Shown here: positions 35,818-45,482 of the stretch, in pieces
Numbering within the stretch: position 1 is the stretch's first letter
Layout of the letters: every line of letters starts with the position of its first letter
IMG/VR virus record: IMGVR_UViG_3300017791_000077
Location: 6,058 to 70,057 of that record
From: a virus
Lineage: Duplodnaviria > Caudoviricetes
Direction: 5' to 3' (one strand)
Length of the DNA: 64,000 bases
Translations under genes and position numbers: made by a program
The notes under the pieces: model-generated
Seen by the model: the letters and a program-made list of their open reading frames with translations, nothing else
Databases searched by the model: none
Told to the model about the DNA's origin: nothing

Positions 35818-36459
35818 ATGAAAATGCCAGCCCACAGAAATTTCCAGAATATTTTGGGGCATCAATTCGGGCGGCTGACCGTCGTGGAATTCGCGGGGAA
35901 GGCAGAATACGGCTATCGGTGGAAATGTCTGTGCAATTGTGGCGGGACCGTAACGACCTACGGAAACACGCTGAAGAAAGGCCACTGCAAGAGCTGCGGC
36001 TGTCTTGGAAAAGAAGTCTGGAAGCAGTCGAACTCGACGCATGGCATGACGCTGCGCCCTGAATACTACGTTTGGCACGCAATGCGCGCTCGTTGCCGCA
36101 GGAAGACTCACAAGGCGTACCCCGACTATGGCGGCCGAGGAATTTCTGTCTGTGAACGATGGAATTCATTTGAAAACTTTTACGCCGATATGGGCAGTAG
36201 GCCGTCCGTGAAACACACTCTGGATCGAATAGACAACGCTGGTAACTACGATCCCAAAAATTGCCGGTGGGCATTGATGACCGCACAAAACGGGAACAGG
36301 CGAATAAGTCTGATTTTAACGCTCCGCGGTAAGTCGATGTGGCTCGCTGAATGGTCCCGTGTGCTTGGCGTCACGCGAGGCCGTATTAGTTATTGGATGA
36401 AAAAGGGCAAATCATTCGAGGAGGTGGTTGCCAAATTGGCTCCCCATTACGAATCGTGA
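35818..36459 (+). CDS. HNH homing endonuclease (free-standing, antisense to the structural operon)
   Basis: WKCLCNCG, YGGRGISVCERW..FENFYADMG, TLDRIDNAGNYDPKNCRW. Confidence 0.92.
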   Translation: MKMPAHRNFQNILGHQFGRLTVVEFAGKAEYGYRWKCLCNCGGTVTTYGNTLKKGHCKSCGCLGKEVWKQSNSTHGMTLRPEYYVWHAMRARCRRKTHKAYPDYGGRGISVCERWNSFENFYADMGSRPSVKHTLDRIDNAGNYDPKNCRWALMTAQNGNRRISLILTLRGKSMWLAEWSRVLGVTRGRISYWMKKGKSFEEVVAKLAPHYES

Positions 36460-37052
36460 ATATCCTTGAAGTTGCTATCCACCTTGAACGGCTTTATTGA
36501 TTTTGATTTTCTCCTACCGTGGATGGCCGTCACCATTTCCTTCAGTTCCTGCGGATGCTTCAGGGCCAGCGAAGGATCTTTCTGGACGTACTCTTTCGTC
36601 AGCCGATTCACGATGTCGGGGGCCAGGTCCACGGGCTTCGGCGGGGGTCCGACGACGCCTTCGTGATTGACTCCGCCCACGCCTGAACCGCTGCGGACAG
36701 TCAGGTTGCGGCGCTTCACGGTGTCGATGTAGTCCTGCTGTGTGGCGCACCATGCTCCGGGATCAGCGGGGCCGCGGCCGTCCGCCAATCCGCCGTAGTA
36801 GCGCTTGCCGTCTACGGCGATTCCCGCCCGCTTCGCCATACCGACGATTTCTTCCTGCTGCCAGACGGGGTGATCGTCAAGTCCGTGGTGGCGGAAGCCT
36901 ACGTCAGCCAGAAAGGCGCGTTCTGATCCCACCATGATCGGGGCTTGGCGCGAGGCGCACATTTCAGCGAAGCGATCGGCGCGCCGGGCCTCCTCTTCTG
37001 GAGTGAAGGGAGGCTCCCAGCGTCCGTTGACGAATTGACGGGTGATGTTCAT
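36447..37052 (-). CDS. Hypothetical protein
   Basis: 201-aa ORF; ATGA coupling. Confidence 0.75.
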   Translation of the reverse strand: MNITRQFVNGRWEPPFTPEEEARRADRFAEMCASRQAPIMVGSERAFLADVGFRHHGLDDHPVWQQEEIVGMAKRAGIAVDGKRYYGGLADGRGPADPGAWCATQQDYIDTVKRRNLTVRSGSGVGGVNHEGVVGPPPKPVDLAPDIVNRLTKEYVQKDPSLALKHPQELKEMVTAIHGRRKSKSIKPFKVDSNFKDIHDS

Positions 37053-37207
37053 TTCGACTTCCTGTCATTCTCTCGCGCGTTGCGGATCAGAGATTCAGCG
37101 AAGGCGTCGTTGACGATCCGTGTCTTGCGTTTCATCTGGCGGTTGTGCGCAGTCCAGTGCTTGCCGTCGTGCGTCCATTTGATCCCGCCCGCGTAGATCG
37201 TCTTCAC
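37049..37207 (-). CDS. Small basic protein
   Basis: GTGA overlap; MKTIYAGG... Confidence 0.6.
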   Translation of the reverse strand: MKTIYAGGIKWTHDGKHWTAHNRQMKRKTRIVNDAFAESLIRNARENDRKSK

Positions 37208-37401
37208 TTCGATGCTCCTGCCATCGCTTCCAGTTTTCCGTTGAACTCCGCTTCCAGATATTCCAGCCTGTGCCGACACCGCTCGCAGCCTTCCAGATGA
37301 TCGGTCAGCCACGCGAGTTCGTGATCGGGCAGCTTCCCCGTGAGATAGCCGCCTACCACGGTCCCCATCGTGAAGGTCAGACAGTCGCGGGGGTCGCTCA
37401 C
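37204..37401 (-). CDS. zf-HC2 (anti-sigma-type) zinc-finger mini-protein
   Basis: YL.G.L...E......HLEGCERC. Confidence 0.7.
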   Translation of the reverse strand: MSDPRDCLTFTMGTVVGGYLTGKLPDHELAWLTDHLEGCERCRHRLEYLEAEFNGKLEAMAGASK

Positions 37402-39830
37402 TTCTTGGCCCCCTTCGGCTTGGCTTTCGCCTGCTGTTTCTGCATCGTCATCTTGGCCTTGTGCGCCTCCTTGTCGTGCGCCAGTTGAGCCTTGTTCGAC
37501 AGTGCCTGATGCTGCATGTCGAGGTGCCCCATCTGGAGCTTCTGCGCGCCGAGCGCCTGTTCGGTCTTGAGTTTCATCCCCAGTTGAAGCTGCTGCGCCT
37601 GAAGGTCGGCTCCGAGCGCCTGCCGCTCCATCTGCATCTCTTCCTGCCGGGCCTGCGCGTCCAGTTCCATCTCAGCGCGCTTGGCCGCAATCTCCATTTC
37701 CATCTTGCGGATTTCGAGTTGCAGCTTCGTCTGGGACTCCTGCATCCGCGCCTGCGCGTCCTGCTGTTTCAGTTGCGAGTCGAGCTGCATCTTCTGCTGC
37801 TCAAGCTGCCCCTTCTGCTGGAGCGCCTGAATCTCGGCCTGCACCTTCTGGAGTTCAGGCGGCGGAGGCGGTGGAGGAGGTTGCGGCAACAGGAACTTCT
37901 TGGGCTCGATGTCGAACGCCTTGCACCACTGCTCGATGAAGGCGTTGACCGTCTGGACGCTGTTCTTCTGCGTGACCTCGACTTGCAGGAACGGCATCCA
38001 CGTCTGGAGCGCCTGATTGATGTTGTCCTGCATCGTCTCTTTGTTCGGCTTGCGTGTCGAACCGGCCTCGACGCGATAGTTGTACTCGCGCGAGACCTTA
38101 TTCACGTCGCCGCTCATCACCAGTTGCGCCCACAACTGCGTCCCCCGCTGCCCCAGAATCGGCATCACCGAATCCGGTTCCAGGAGCCACCGGCAGGCCA
38201 TCGCCTCTTTACGGGCAATCAGGCTCATCGTGTCTTCGACTTTGTTCGCCATGTCATCCGGGCGGATGTTCATGTTCCCTTGTTTGGCGTGCGCTTCAGC
38301 CGCCGAACGCATCCCGCCCGGTGTCCCGTAGGCCAGTTCGCTCAATCCCGTCGCCTGCTCGAAGTAGTGCGAGATGGCATCAATGACCTTCCAGATTTCG
38401 CCGGAGAGGTCGGGCACCTGAAGGAACTGCACGAGTTTCGAGACATCGGGGGAAGTTCCACCGCCGATCGACGACGACGAGATTTCGAGGATCTCGAAGT
38501 CTTTCCCGGAGAGCAGCCGATTGCGGACCTCATCCTCGACCGACTTCATGCACGCTGCCACCGTTCGGCAGCTCGTGCGGATGCGGTTGGCGAGGAAGCT
38601 CATTGTCCAGTTGAGGAACTTGAGGTATCCCAGCGCCGGCTTGATGTGGCTCATCGGCCACGGGTTGTTCGGGACTTCGTGGAAGGCCAGCATCGTCATC
38701 GGCCACTGTCCATCCGCCCAGAACGGGATCGGCCATTGACACGACTGGAACAGCGTTTCACGCAACTGGTCGGCCTGTTCGGCGTCCGGTTCGGTGAACA
38801 GTTCCTCCACGTCTTCCTGCTTCAGATTCACCGGGAAGGGGATCTTGTCGGCCACGACGATGTAGGCGTTCTGGCCCAGCGAATCGAGAAAATCTTCGAT
38901 CTCCTCGACGCCCTTCATCCCCGCCAGCTTTTCGCCCATCCCCATCTTGGAATAGACTTTGTAGTAGGTGATGAGGTCGTTCGTTTTGCCAATCTTCCGC
39001 TTCTTGTTCCACTCTTCGTTTTCGGTGCTCTCGCCCTGCGCCGTGGCGGATTCGCTCGTGCCCAGCCGTTCGTCGAGGAAGTCCCGGTCGAGGTCGTAGT
39101 CTTCTGCGAATTTCCAGACGGGATGCGTGCATCTGCGGGCGACCCACAGCGCTTCGTCGATCGTCTCCGCGTCGGGATCGACGATCAGGTTGTCGATCGT
39201 GTCGTAGAACGAACCGATGAGCGTCGGCCCGGTGTCGTAATTCTGGAAGGATTCCGTCCACAGGATGCCGGCGCCCTTGATGAGCGCTTCGTCGATCATC
39301 CGTCGCGAATGCTTGTACTTCTCGTTCTCCCGCTGGAGGTAATCCAGCATGTAGTTCAGGAGGGTCGCCGTGAGCTTGTTCTGCCCATCGGCTGGATCGG
39401 GCGGGAACAGGCTCTGCGGATCGAATGGCGTCCCGTTCTGCTGCGCCTGCATCTGTGCCTGCTGGAGCGCTTCGGGAGGCACGAGCGTCATCAGGAGGTC
39501 GATGGGCAGGTCCAGCGTCTTGGGTTCGACGACGATCGCCGGGTTGCGGTGGTAGAGCGCCGGGCCGAACAGTTGCACGACCTCTGCCACCTTCCCGACC
39601 ACCATGCGGAACTTCGGCGCCGGGAAGGCTTCGTCGTCGGGGTTGTGGACCTGCCCCTTCCGCTCCGACCACATCAGGTCGTTCAGTTCTTTCCCACACT
39701 CGTAGAACTTCATGGCCTCTTCGGCCTGTTCCCCGAAGTGCGCGTACTTGAACTGCTCGCCTTTCTGGATCTTGGCAATCCAGCCTTTGACGATCGGATT
39801 CAGCGGATATTCCGAGGTGAAACCGGACAT
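37398..39830 (-). CDS. Portal protein with long Gln-rich C-terminal coiled coil
   Basis: 810 aa, follows TerL; YRVEAGST..PNK; P22-like barrel-type tail. Confidence 0.8.
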   Translation of the reverse strand: MSGFTSEYPLNPIVKGWIAKIQKGEQFKYAHFGEQAEEAMKFYECGKELNDLMWSERKGQVHNPDDEAFPAPKFRMVVGKVAEVVQLFGPALYHRNPAIVVEPKTLDLPIDLLMTLVPPEALQQAQMQAQQNGTPFDPQSLFPPDPADGQNKLTATLLNYMLDYLQRENEKYKHSRRMIDEALIKGAGILWTESFQNYDTGPTLIGSFYDTIDNLIVDPDAETIDEALWVARRCTHPVWKFAEDYDLDRDFLDERLGTSESATAQGESTENEEWNKKRKIGKTNDLITYYKVYSKMGMGEKLAGMKGVEEIEDFLDSLGQNAYIVVADKIPFPVNLKQEDVEELFTEPDAEQADQLRETLFQSCQWPIPFWADGQWPMTMLAFHEVPNNPWPMSHIKPALGYLKFLNWTMSFLANRIRTSCRTVAACMKSVEDEVRNRLLSGKDFEILEISSSSIGGGTSPDVSKLVQFLQVPDLSGEIWKVIDAISHYFEQATGLSELAYGTPGGMRSAAEAHAKQGNMNIRPDDMANKVEDTMSLIARKEAMACRWLLEPDSVMPILGQRGTQLWAQLVMSGDVNKVSREYNYRVEAGSTRKPNKETMQDNINQALQTWMPFLQVEVTQKNSVQTVNAFIEQWCKAFDIEPKKFLLPQPPPPPPPPELQKVQAEIQALQQKGQLEQQKMQLDSQLKQQDAQARMQESQTKLQLEIRKMEMEIAAKRAEMELDAQARQEEMQMERQALGADLQAQQLQLGMKLKTEQALGAQKLQMGHLDMQHQALSNKAQLAHDKEAHKAKMTMQKQQAKAKPKGAKK

Positions 39831-40519
39831 TATTTACGCTTGACCCAGCCATGTTCGACCGTGAAACCGTTGTCCAGAGTCAGCAGCATCTCGACCTCAT
39901 CCACGCCGTATCCCAGGACGCGGGCGATGTCCCCCTTCCGCATGGCCCGGCCTTCCATCGCGTTCGTGATCCGGTCAGCCGTCAAAGGCTCCTTGATGTT
40001 CCCGCCTTCGATCGTCTGGCTTTGGCCGACGCCGATGCCGACGTGCTTCAATCCCACGTCCGCGGGAGTGATGTGCGGCGCATCGTGCGGCACGACCGCT
40101 TCCAGAACCGCCTGCTCGGCCGACGACTCGTCGATCCGCGTGTCTTCGGGGCGGATTCCAAGCCCGTCTTCGATCTTCTCCAGACGGCGCTTGAGGGCGT
40201 TCAGGCCGGTCTCGAACCGATCCTCGAACGAGCGCAGGAGGTTGTGAACGTCGCCCGCGTACTTGAACTTCGGGTGTTCCGCCCATCCGCCGTAAGCGCG
40301 GATGTTGCGGTTCTCCTTCAGAACCGGGTCGCTGACGTGATGGACTTCCTGCCGCATGCGCATGGCACCGGCGATCGTCACCACGTCAATCACCCGCCCG
40401 TCCACCGACTTGACGATGGCGAATTCCGGGGACTGGCTGGTGTTGGCGTCGCAGTACCACAGCACGGGGTCGCCGGGCTTGACATCGGGAATCTCGATTC
40501 CCTGAACGGTAATTGGCAT
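39830..40519 (-). CDS. Hypothetical protein with C-terminal HTH-like segment
   Basis: RBS AGGAGA before MPITVQG; RKGDIARVLG. Confidence 0.7.
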   Translation of the reverse strand: MPITVQGIEIPDVKPGDPVLWYCDANTSQSPEFAIVKSVDGRVIDVVTIAGAMRMRQEVHHVSDPVLKENRNIRAYGGWAEHPKFKYAGDVHNLLRSFEDRFETGLNALKRRLEKIEDGLGIRPEDTRIDESSAEQAVLEAVVPHDAPHITPADVGLKHVGIGVGQSQTIEGGNIKEPLTADRITNAMEGRAMRKGDIARVLGYGVDEVEMLLTLDNGFTVEHGWVKRK

Positions 40520-40524
40520 GTTCT

Positions 40525-42270
40525 CTATCTCCTGGTTGACGAAAATGATGGGCCGCAGATCACGTAATCGCGGCGTGGTTTCCCGCGCAGCTTCTTCTCC
40601 AGATACTTCAGCACGTTGCTCTTGCGGTCGGGGCCGGCTTTCGGCACGACGTAGGGCATTCCGTGCAGCACGCCGTAACGCAGGGCATCCGGGCCGTGCG
40701 AATAGCGCTTGTGGTCGGGAATGTCGGTCGCCCGGCCTTTGTCGATCTTGTTCTTGTACTTGCTCATCTCCGTGATGAACTGATCGCAGATGGCGAACAC
40801 CTGGAGCTTTGGCGTCCCGGCGAAGTCTTCGCGGTCCCAGAGCCACGAGCGGACTTGCGACACGCCGTCCTTGATCGGGCTGGAGTGCTCGTTCCCGGTC
40901 CCGCCCATTGCGATGAATCCGCTGCCGGTTTCGATGCTGCGGAGGCCGCGCTTCTGCATCTCTTCGGCGTACTGCTGGCCGATGTTCTTTCCCGACATTT
41001 CCGTGCGCTGCGAACCGTGCGCGTCGATGATGAACGCCTGAAAGAAATGGCCTTGCAGCTTGTTGTAAATCTTGTCCACGAACCCTTTGGCGTCGCACTG
41101 GTGGGCGTACACTTCGTCGTAGACGTAGACGTGCGGAGGACCGTTTTTGGGAGGCACGGCGAAGAACAGCGCCGCCACGTTGGCGTAGCCGGGGTCGAGA
41201 CACAGGTAGCGTGCCCATTCACGGGGCACGACGAACGGCTCGACGACGTGCTTGCGCTTGCTGAAGTTCGGGTAGACGAGGTGCGAGGTGATGAGGAATT
41301 CCCCCAGCACGCGGACACGGTATTCGTCGGGATCGAATGAGGCTTTGTGCCGGAACAGTTCTTTGGCGGCCGGCGGCAAAAACGGGTTGTCGTCCATCGT
41401 GACGTGGAACTCGCTTACCCGCGGGATCGCTTCGTTGCGCTCCTCTTCAGCCCGCTCGTGGAGCTTCCACAACTGCTCAGTGGCGGCCTGCGGAGTGGCG
41501 GACCAGAAGAACCGGCCGTTGCGGTCGATGAGACGGGCTGACGATTCGTCGTACCATGAGCCGCCGGTTTTGCTTTCGTATATTTCTTCGTCGAAGCAAG
41601 ATACGTCTACATCGACACCTTCCATCGGTCGTCCGGCCGACGTGAAGAACAGGATCTCCCAGCCATTGGTGAGCGTGATTTTTTTGGGCTGGAACAGCCC
41701 CTTGTCTTCCCAAGCAATGGCCTGAATCATCCTCTTGGGGATCAGGGGCAGGGCTTTGGTGCGCTTGCATTCCCAGCCATCGACCCACGGGCGCCACGCG
41801 CGGTACATGCCCGTCTCTTTGTCCTTGACCATCTGGAACGCGCCGGGCTTCAGCAGTTTCGCGGCGAAGACTTCAGCGATCTTGATGCCGTCTTTGGCCA
41901 CACAGATTGCCCGACCGTCCGTCTTCGGGTAGTCCAGCCAGCGGTGCTGCCCGGTGACGGCCATTGCCAGTTCGGCCATCGTCGCCATCGTCTTCGAGCC
42001 GCGGTTGCCTCCCAGGATGATCCGTTCGGGCGACTGGCATTGATGGAAGGCGAGTTGCTTTGGCAGCGGCTCGTATAGTTTCAGCGCCTCGACGTGCTTG
42101 TAGGCTTTCTCGCGGAGCAGGAGCTGGAGCTTCTTCGCGGCCACAGGCGTCATGGCCTGCGGTTCGAGGTCGGGGCGCGTTTTCTGGAACTTCGCCCAGT
42201 AGCGCGCCTCGCGCTCTTTCATCTCCGACAGGCTGACCTGCCGTCCGTTAAGATTTAGCAGCGGCTCCAC
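40525..42270 (-). CDS. terL: Terminase large subunit
   Basis: QLAFH, GGNRGSKT Walker A, CFDEE Walker B, SATP, LDPG and DALRY nuclease motifs. Confidence 0.92.
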   Translation of the reverse strand: MEPLLNLNGRQVSLSEMKEREARYWAKFQKTRPDLEPQAMTPVAAKKLQLLLREKAYKHVEALKLYEPLPKQLAFHQCQSPERIILGGNRGSKTMATMAELAMAVTGQHRWLDYPKTDGRAICVAKDGIKIAEVFAAKLLKPGAFQMVKDKETGMYRAWRPWVDGWECKRTKALPLIPKRMIQAIAWEDKGLFQPKKITLTNGWEILFFTSAGRPMEGVDVDVSCFDEEIYESKTGGSWYDESSARLIDRNGRFFWSATPQAATEQLWKLHERAEEERNEAIPRVSEFHVTMDDNPFLPPAAKELFRHKASFDPDEYRVRVLGEFLITSHLVYPNFSKRKHVVEPFVVPREWARYLCLDPGYANVAALFFAVPPKNGPPHVYVYDEVYAHQCDAKGFVDKIYNKLQGHFFQAFIIDAHGSQRTEMSGKNIGQQYAEEMQKRGLRSIETGSGFIAMGGTGNEHSSPIKDGVSQVRSWLWDREDFAGTPKLQVFAICDQFITEMSKYKNKIDKGRATDIPDHKRYSHGPDALRYGVLHGMPYVVPKAGPDRKSNVLKYLEKKLRGKPRRDYVICGPSFSSTRR

Positions 42271-42607
42271 GGTCCAGTCCGTATTCGTTCTTCAAAATCG
42301 TGTCGATCATGTCTTCCGTCAGCTTGCTCACTTCGTCTTCCGTCAGTTCTCCGGCCATCTTTTCGTGCGCCTTCATGGCGTCGAACACCTTGCCGGCGAA
42401 CTCGGCTTTCGTCTTCGGTGATCCGGTTCGGATCTGTTCGGCCACGATCTTGGCGATTTCAGGGAGGCCGATTTCCTGAATGATGAGGTACAGCATGTCG
42501 GCCATGCGCGGCACTTTGCCGGCATCGGTCGCCGCCACGAACGCTTTCTCCGGCGTGGCGTTGGCCTTCCGCTCCTCCTGCGCGATGTCCTTTCGGCTGG
42601 CGGTCAT
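42248..42607 (-). CDS. Possible terminase small subunit
   Basis: Helical 119 aa immediately upstream of terL; positional evidence only. Confidence 0.4.
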   Translation of the reverse strand: MTASRKDIAQEERKANATPEKAFVAATDAGKVPRMADMLYLIIQEIGLPEIAKIVAEQIRTGSPKTKAEFAGKVFDAMKAHEKMAGELTEDEVSKLTEDMIDTILKNEYGLDRGAAAKS

Positions 42608-44601
42608 GTGCCCTCGAAGGTGCGGGTGTCGCTGGTGACAAAGATGCTGGGCTCACCCAGCCATTCCGCCTGTGTGGTGAATTCGCGTGTCCGCTCGTGA
42701 CGGGCTTCGATCGCGGGGACGACCGACTTGGGCTGGATCAGGAGTTGGTCCAGCCCCTTCTTGGCGATCCACATATTCCCCTGATTCACGACCTCCCATC
42801 CGAAGCATTCCGTCACTGCGCGTCGCACTCCGGGGAAGCAGAAGTTGAAGTCGTGCCCGCACATGATTCCCTTGTGTCGCAGGAACGGCCACCACGCCGT
42901 TATGTCGGCAAGACACCCCTCGTAGGAATGATCGGCGTCAACAAAGATCAGGTCGATGGGGGCGCCATTCGCGGCCCAGTCCTTCGCACCGCTCAGCGTG
43001 TCGGTGCGCCACGACGCAATCTGCGGAAAGCGGGCGGTGTTCTTTTTGAACTCCGCGTAGGCGTCGAACTCTTTTGCCACCTTCCGCTGGATCGGATTCC
43101 CGCCGTTGAAGTGATCCACGCACACGATCTCGAACTCGCAGAGCTGTTCGGCGACCTCCGCCATCGCAATCGCGCTGTGTCCCACCCACGATCCAAGCTC
43201 AACGATCCTCAGCGTGCGTTCCTCGACACAGGCATCCATCGCTCGCGCGTAGACGATCTCCTTCAGGAACTTGATGTCCGCTTCGTCGGTGTTGTGCGTC
43301 TCCTTGAAGGCGTTCGGCTTGCCGTCCTCGACCTCCAGTGTGTCCGCCATGCGCGGATCGTCGGGATGCAGGATGACCGCTGGACGGGAGGTGTCGATCG
43401 TGCCGCCGTTCAGCTTGTACATCGCTTCCTGCGGCGTCTTCCAATCCATCTTGTCGGCAGAACAGAACTCGTTTTCTTTCGGTTCGATCGTCTTGCCGTT
43501 GACGAAGTCGTCGAACGTGTCGTAGACGTTGCCATTCGATTCGGCGACTTGATGGCCGACTTTCGCCTGCGGTTCGAGGCGCGGATCGTCGGGCCTCATG
43601 ATCGCAACCATATTGTCGTCGAGCCGCTGCGCTCGCGTTCTCGGCGCCTTCGGCTCGTCCACCGCGAACACCTTGTCGAAGTCACCGCCTCGCGCATCCT
43701 TCGGATGCACCGGCAGCTTCGGGTTGCGCTTGATGACGGTGCGCGTCATGCCTGAGCGCTGGCCGCGTTCTACGACGTTCTTGAGCGTCGAGGCGACCTG
43801 ATCGGCCTTAATCATCTCCGGCTTGCCGACGCACTTCGGTTTCCAGTGCCCGGCCCACGCATCCCAGTTGCAGAACACCGGGTTGTAGCCGTGCTCCAGA
43901 ATCCCGTTGAGCGACAGATCGCGGAAGAACACGCAATCTTCGGTCGATGACTTCTCGGCGCGAACGCCCGGCTTCGGCTGGTTGCACGCGGGGCAGTTCA
44001 CCCCGTCGCCGCGGTACTCGTAGTAGAAGTACGGCGGCGTCAGGAAATCGAAGCACCGCATGTCGATCATGCACAGTCCCGTGGGACCGGACGAGCACTC
44101 CTGAAAGCCTGTCTGGACGCTGGCCTCTTCCCGTTCGTACCGCGCCTGCTTGAATTGCGCATCGGGATGATGGCTGTCGCGGTTCACCCAACGGAACACG
44201 TAGACGATCTCTCCGCCGCCCTGAGTCGGATGCGACGGGGGGCCGCAGTACGGCGCCACGATCGCGACCGGGCCTTTGTCGTAGTGGTTGTAGAGGAAGT
44301 CGAAGCTGGACTCGAAGAACGGCTTGCCTTCCGGGTAAAGGTCGGGGGCCTGGTCGGAATCGACCATCACCAGCACGTCGAGTTCACCCTGCTTCGCCCA
44401 TTCGACCGCGGCATTGCGGGTCATAATGATGGGCGTGTCGGTGAAATCCGTCGAGTAAAGATCCTCGATCCGCTCATCTTTCTTGGCGGCGAGAATGGCC
44501 TTGACGGCCCACTTGCGGATGTCGGGGTGTTCGGCGGCGATGCCACCGTTCGACCCGTAATTGAAGAAAGCGATCCCTACTTTCAGTTTTCTCGGCTGCA
44601 T
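42604..44601 (-). CDS. Glycosyltransferase (GT-A-like) fused to class I SAM methyltransferase
   Basis: RN.AV, VMVDSD (DxD), TGLCMID, EDC.F..D; C-terminal VELGSWVGHS, CVDHF, IDLIFVDADHSYE, GHDF. Confidence 0.85.
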   Translation of the reverse strand: MQPRKLKVGIAFFNYGSNGGIAAEHPDIRKWAVKAILAAKKDERIEDLYSTDFTDTPIIMTRNAAVEWAKQGELDVLVMVDSDQAPDLYPEGKPFFESSFDFLYNHYDKGPVAIVAPYCGPPSHPTQGGGEIVYVFRWVNRDSHHPDAQFKQARYEREEASVQTGFQECSSGPTGLCMIDMRCFDFLTPPYFYYEYRGDGVNCPACNQPKPGVRAEKSSTEDCVFFRDLSLNGILEHGYNPVFCNWDAWAGHWKPKCVGKPEMIKADQVASTLKNVVERGQRSGMTRTVIKRNPKLPVHPKDARGGDFDKVFAVDEPKAPRTRAQRLDDNMVAIMRPDDPRLEPQAKVGHQVAESNGNVYDTFDDFVNGKTIEPKENEFCSADKMDWKTPQEAMYKLNGGTIDTSRPAVILHPDDPRMADTLEVEDGKPNAFKETHNTDEADIKFLKEIVYARAMDACVEERTLRIVELGSWVGHSAIAMAEVAEQLCEFEIVCVDHFNGGNPIQRKVAKEFDAYAEFKKNTARFPQIASWRTDTLSGAKDWAANGAPIDLIFVDADHSYEGCLADITAWWPFLRHKGIMCGHDFNFCFPGVRRAVTECFGWEVVNQGNMWIAKKGLDQLLIQPKSVVPAIEARHERTREFTTQAEWLGEPSIFVTSDTRTFEGT

Positions 44602-44670
44602 CGTCGATCATCTCCTGAATGATTTGAAATGCCTGATTGAAACGCGGTTAGAAAGACCCTCCTGAAGTCC

Positions 44671-45474
44671 CTAAACTCGTGCGCCCGGAACAAACCTCTG
44701 ATTGCCCATGTACTGCGCGCCGGTCGCGCTGATGTTCTGGCCGACCTGGTTGCCGTTCTGGTCGAACTGGGCCGGATTGATCTGCGGCATGAACTGCGTG
44801 CTCATGCCCGACTGCGGCGGCGGCTGCTGCCAGGGTTGCGTTGCTGACGACGGCAGGTTCTGCTGCATGTTGGCTTGCAGGTTGAAGGGTTGATAACCCA
44901 TCGCGCCGCCGGCACTCTGTGCGACCCGCTGCTGAAGATAGTTGTGTCCCTGAGCCACGGCTGCCGGGTCCATCGCCTGAGACGGAATCAGGTTGTCGCC
45001 CGTGTTCTGCATGTAGCCCGTCCACCCGAGGGAGTTGTTCCCCATCGGCTGGGTTCCGGGCTGACTCGCCGCAGTAAACGGGTTGCCGCTGAAAGAGCTG
45101 CCGCCGCCCAGCGTCGTCCCGCCGTTCTGTCCGAAACCGTTCATGGGGGACATGAAGTTGATCGGGGGCTGGCGAGGGCCACCGGCATTCGCATTGCCGG
45201 GGATCATGTTCGGCATCTGCGACGGCATGTTCCCGTACTGCACGCTCAATTGATTCGTGCGTGGATCAGTCAGGCCGCCCGTGTACGGATTCAGACGAAC
45301 GCCGGTCTGGCGCCCAGCGGCCCAACCCTGTCCGGGAGAGCCAAAGGGGTTGCCCCCGAAGGCCCCCGGTCGCTGTCCAAGTTGTCCGAAGCTGCCGTAC
45401 ATGCTTGTTCCAATAACCCGCCGGAGGGCCGAAACCCTCCGACGGGCAGGAGATGATCCCGTCGCCGGAATCAT
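44671..45474 (-). CDS. Gly/Gln/Asn/Pro/Met-rich low-complexity protein (start may be 45402)
   Basis: Almost no charged residues over most of its length. Confidence 0.65.
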   Translation of the reverse strand: MIPATGSSPARRRVSALRRVIGTSMYGSFGQLGQRPGAFGGNPFGSPGQGWAAGRQTGVRLNPYTGGLTDPRTNQLSVQYGNMPSQMPNMIPGNANAGGPRQPPINFMSPMNGFGQNGGTTLGGGSSFSGNPFTAASQPGTQPMGNNSLGWTGYMQNTGDNLIPSQAMDPAAVAQGHNYLQQRVAQSAGGAMGYQPFNLQANMQQNLPSSATQPWQQPPPQSGMSTQFMPQINPAQFDQNGNQVGQNISATGAQYMGNQRFVPGARV

Positions 45475-45482
45475 TGACGCGG

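Noticed and set aside
37461-40247. 928-aa + strand ORF
   Set aside because: Antisense shadow of the portal gene in GC-rich DNA; Arg/Leu-rich with no motifs
39830-41218. 462-aa ORF as a single gene
   Set aside because: The first ~230 aa overlap terL in another frame; a real RBS and start sit at 40519
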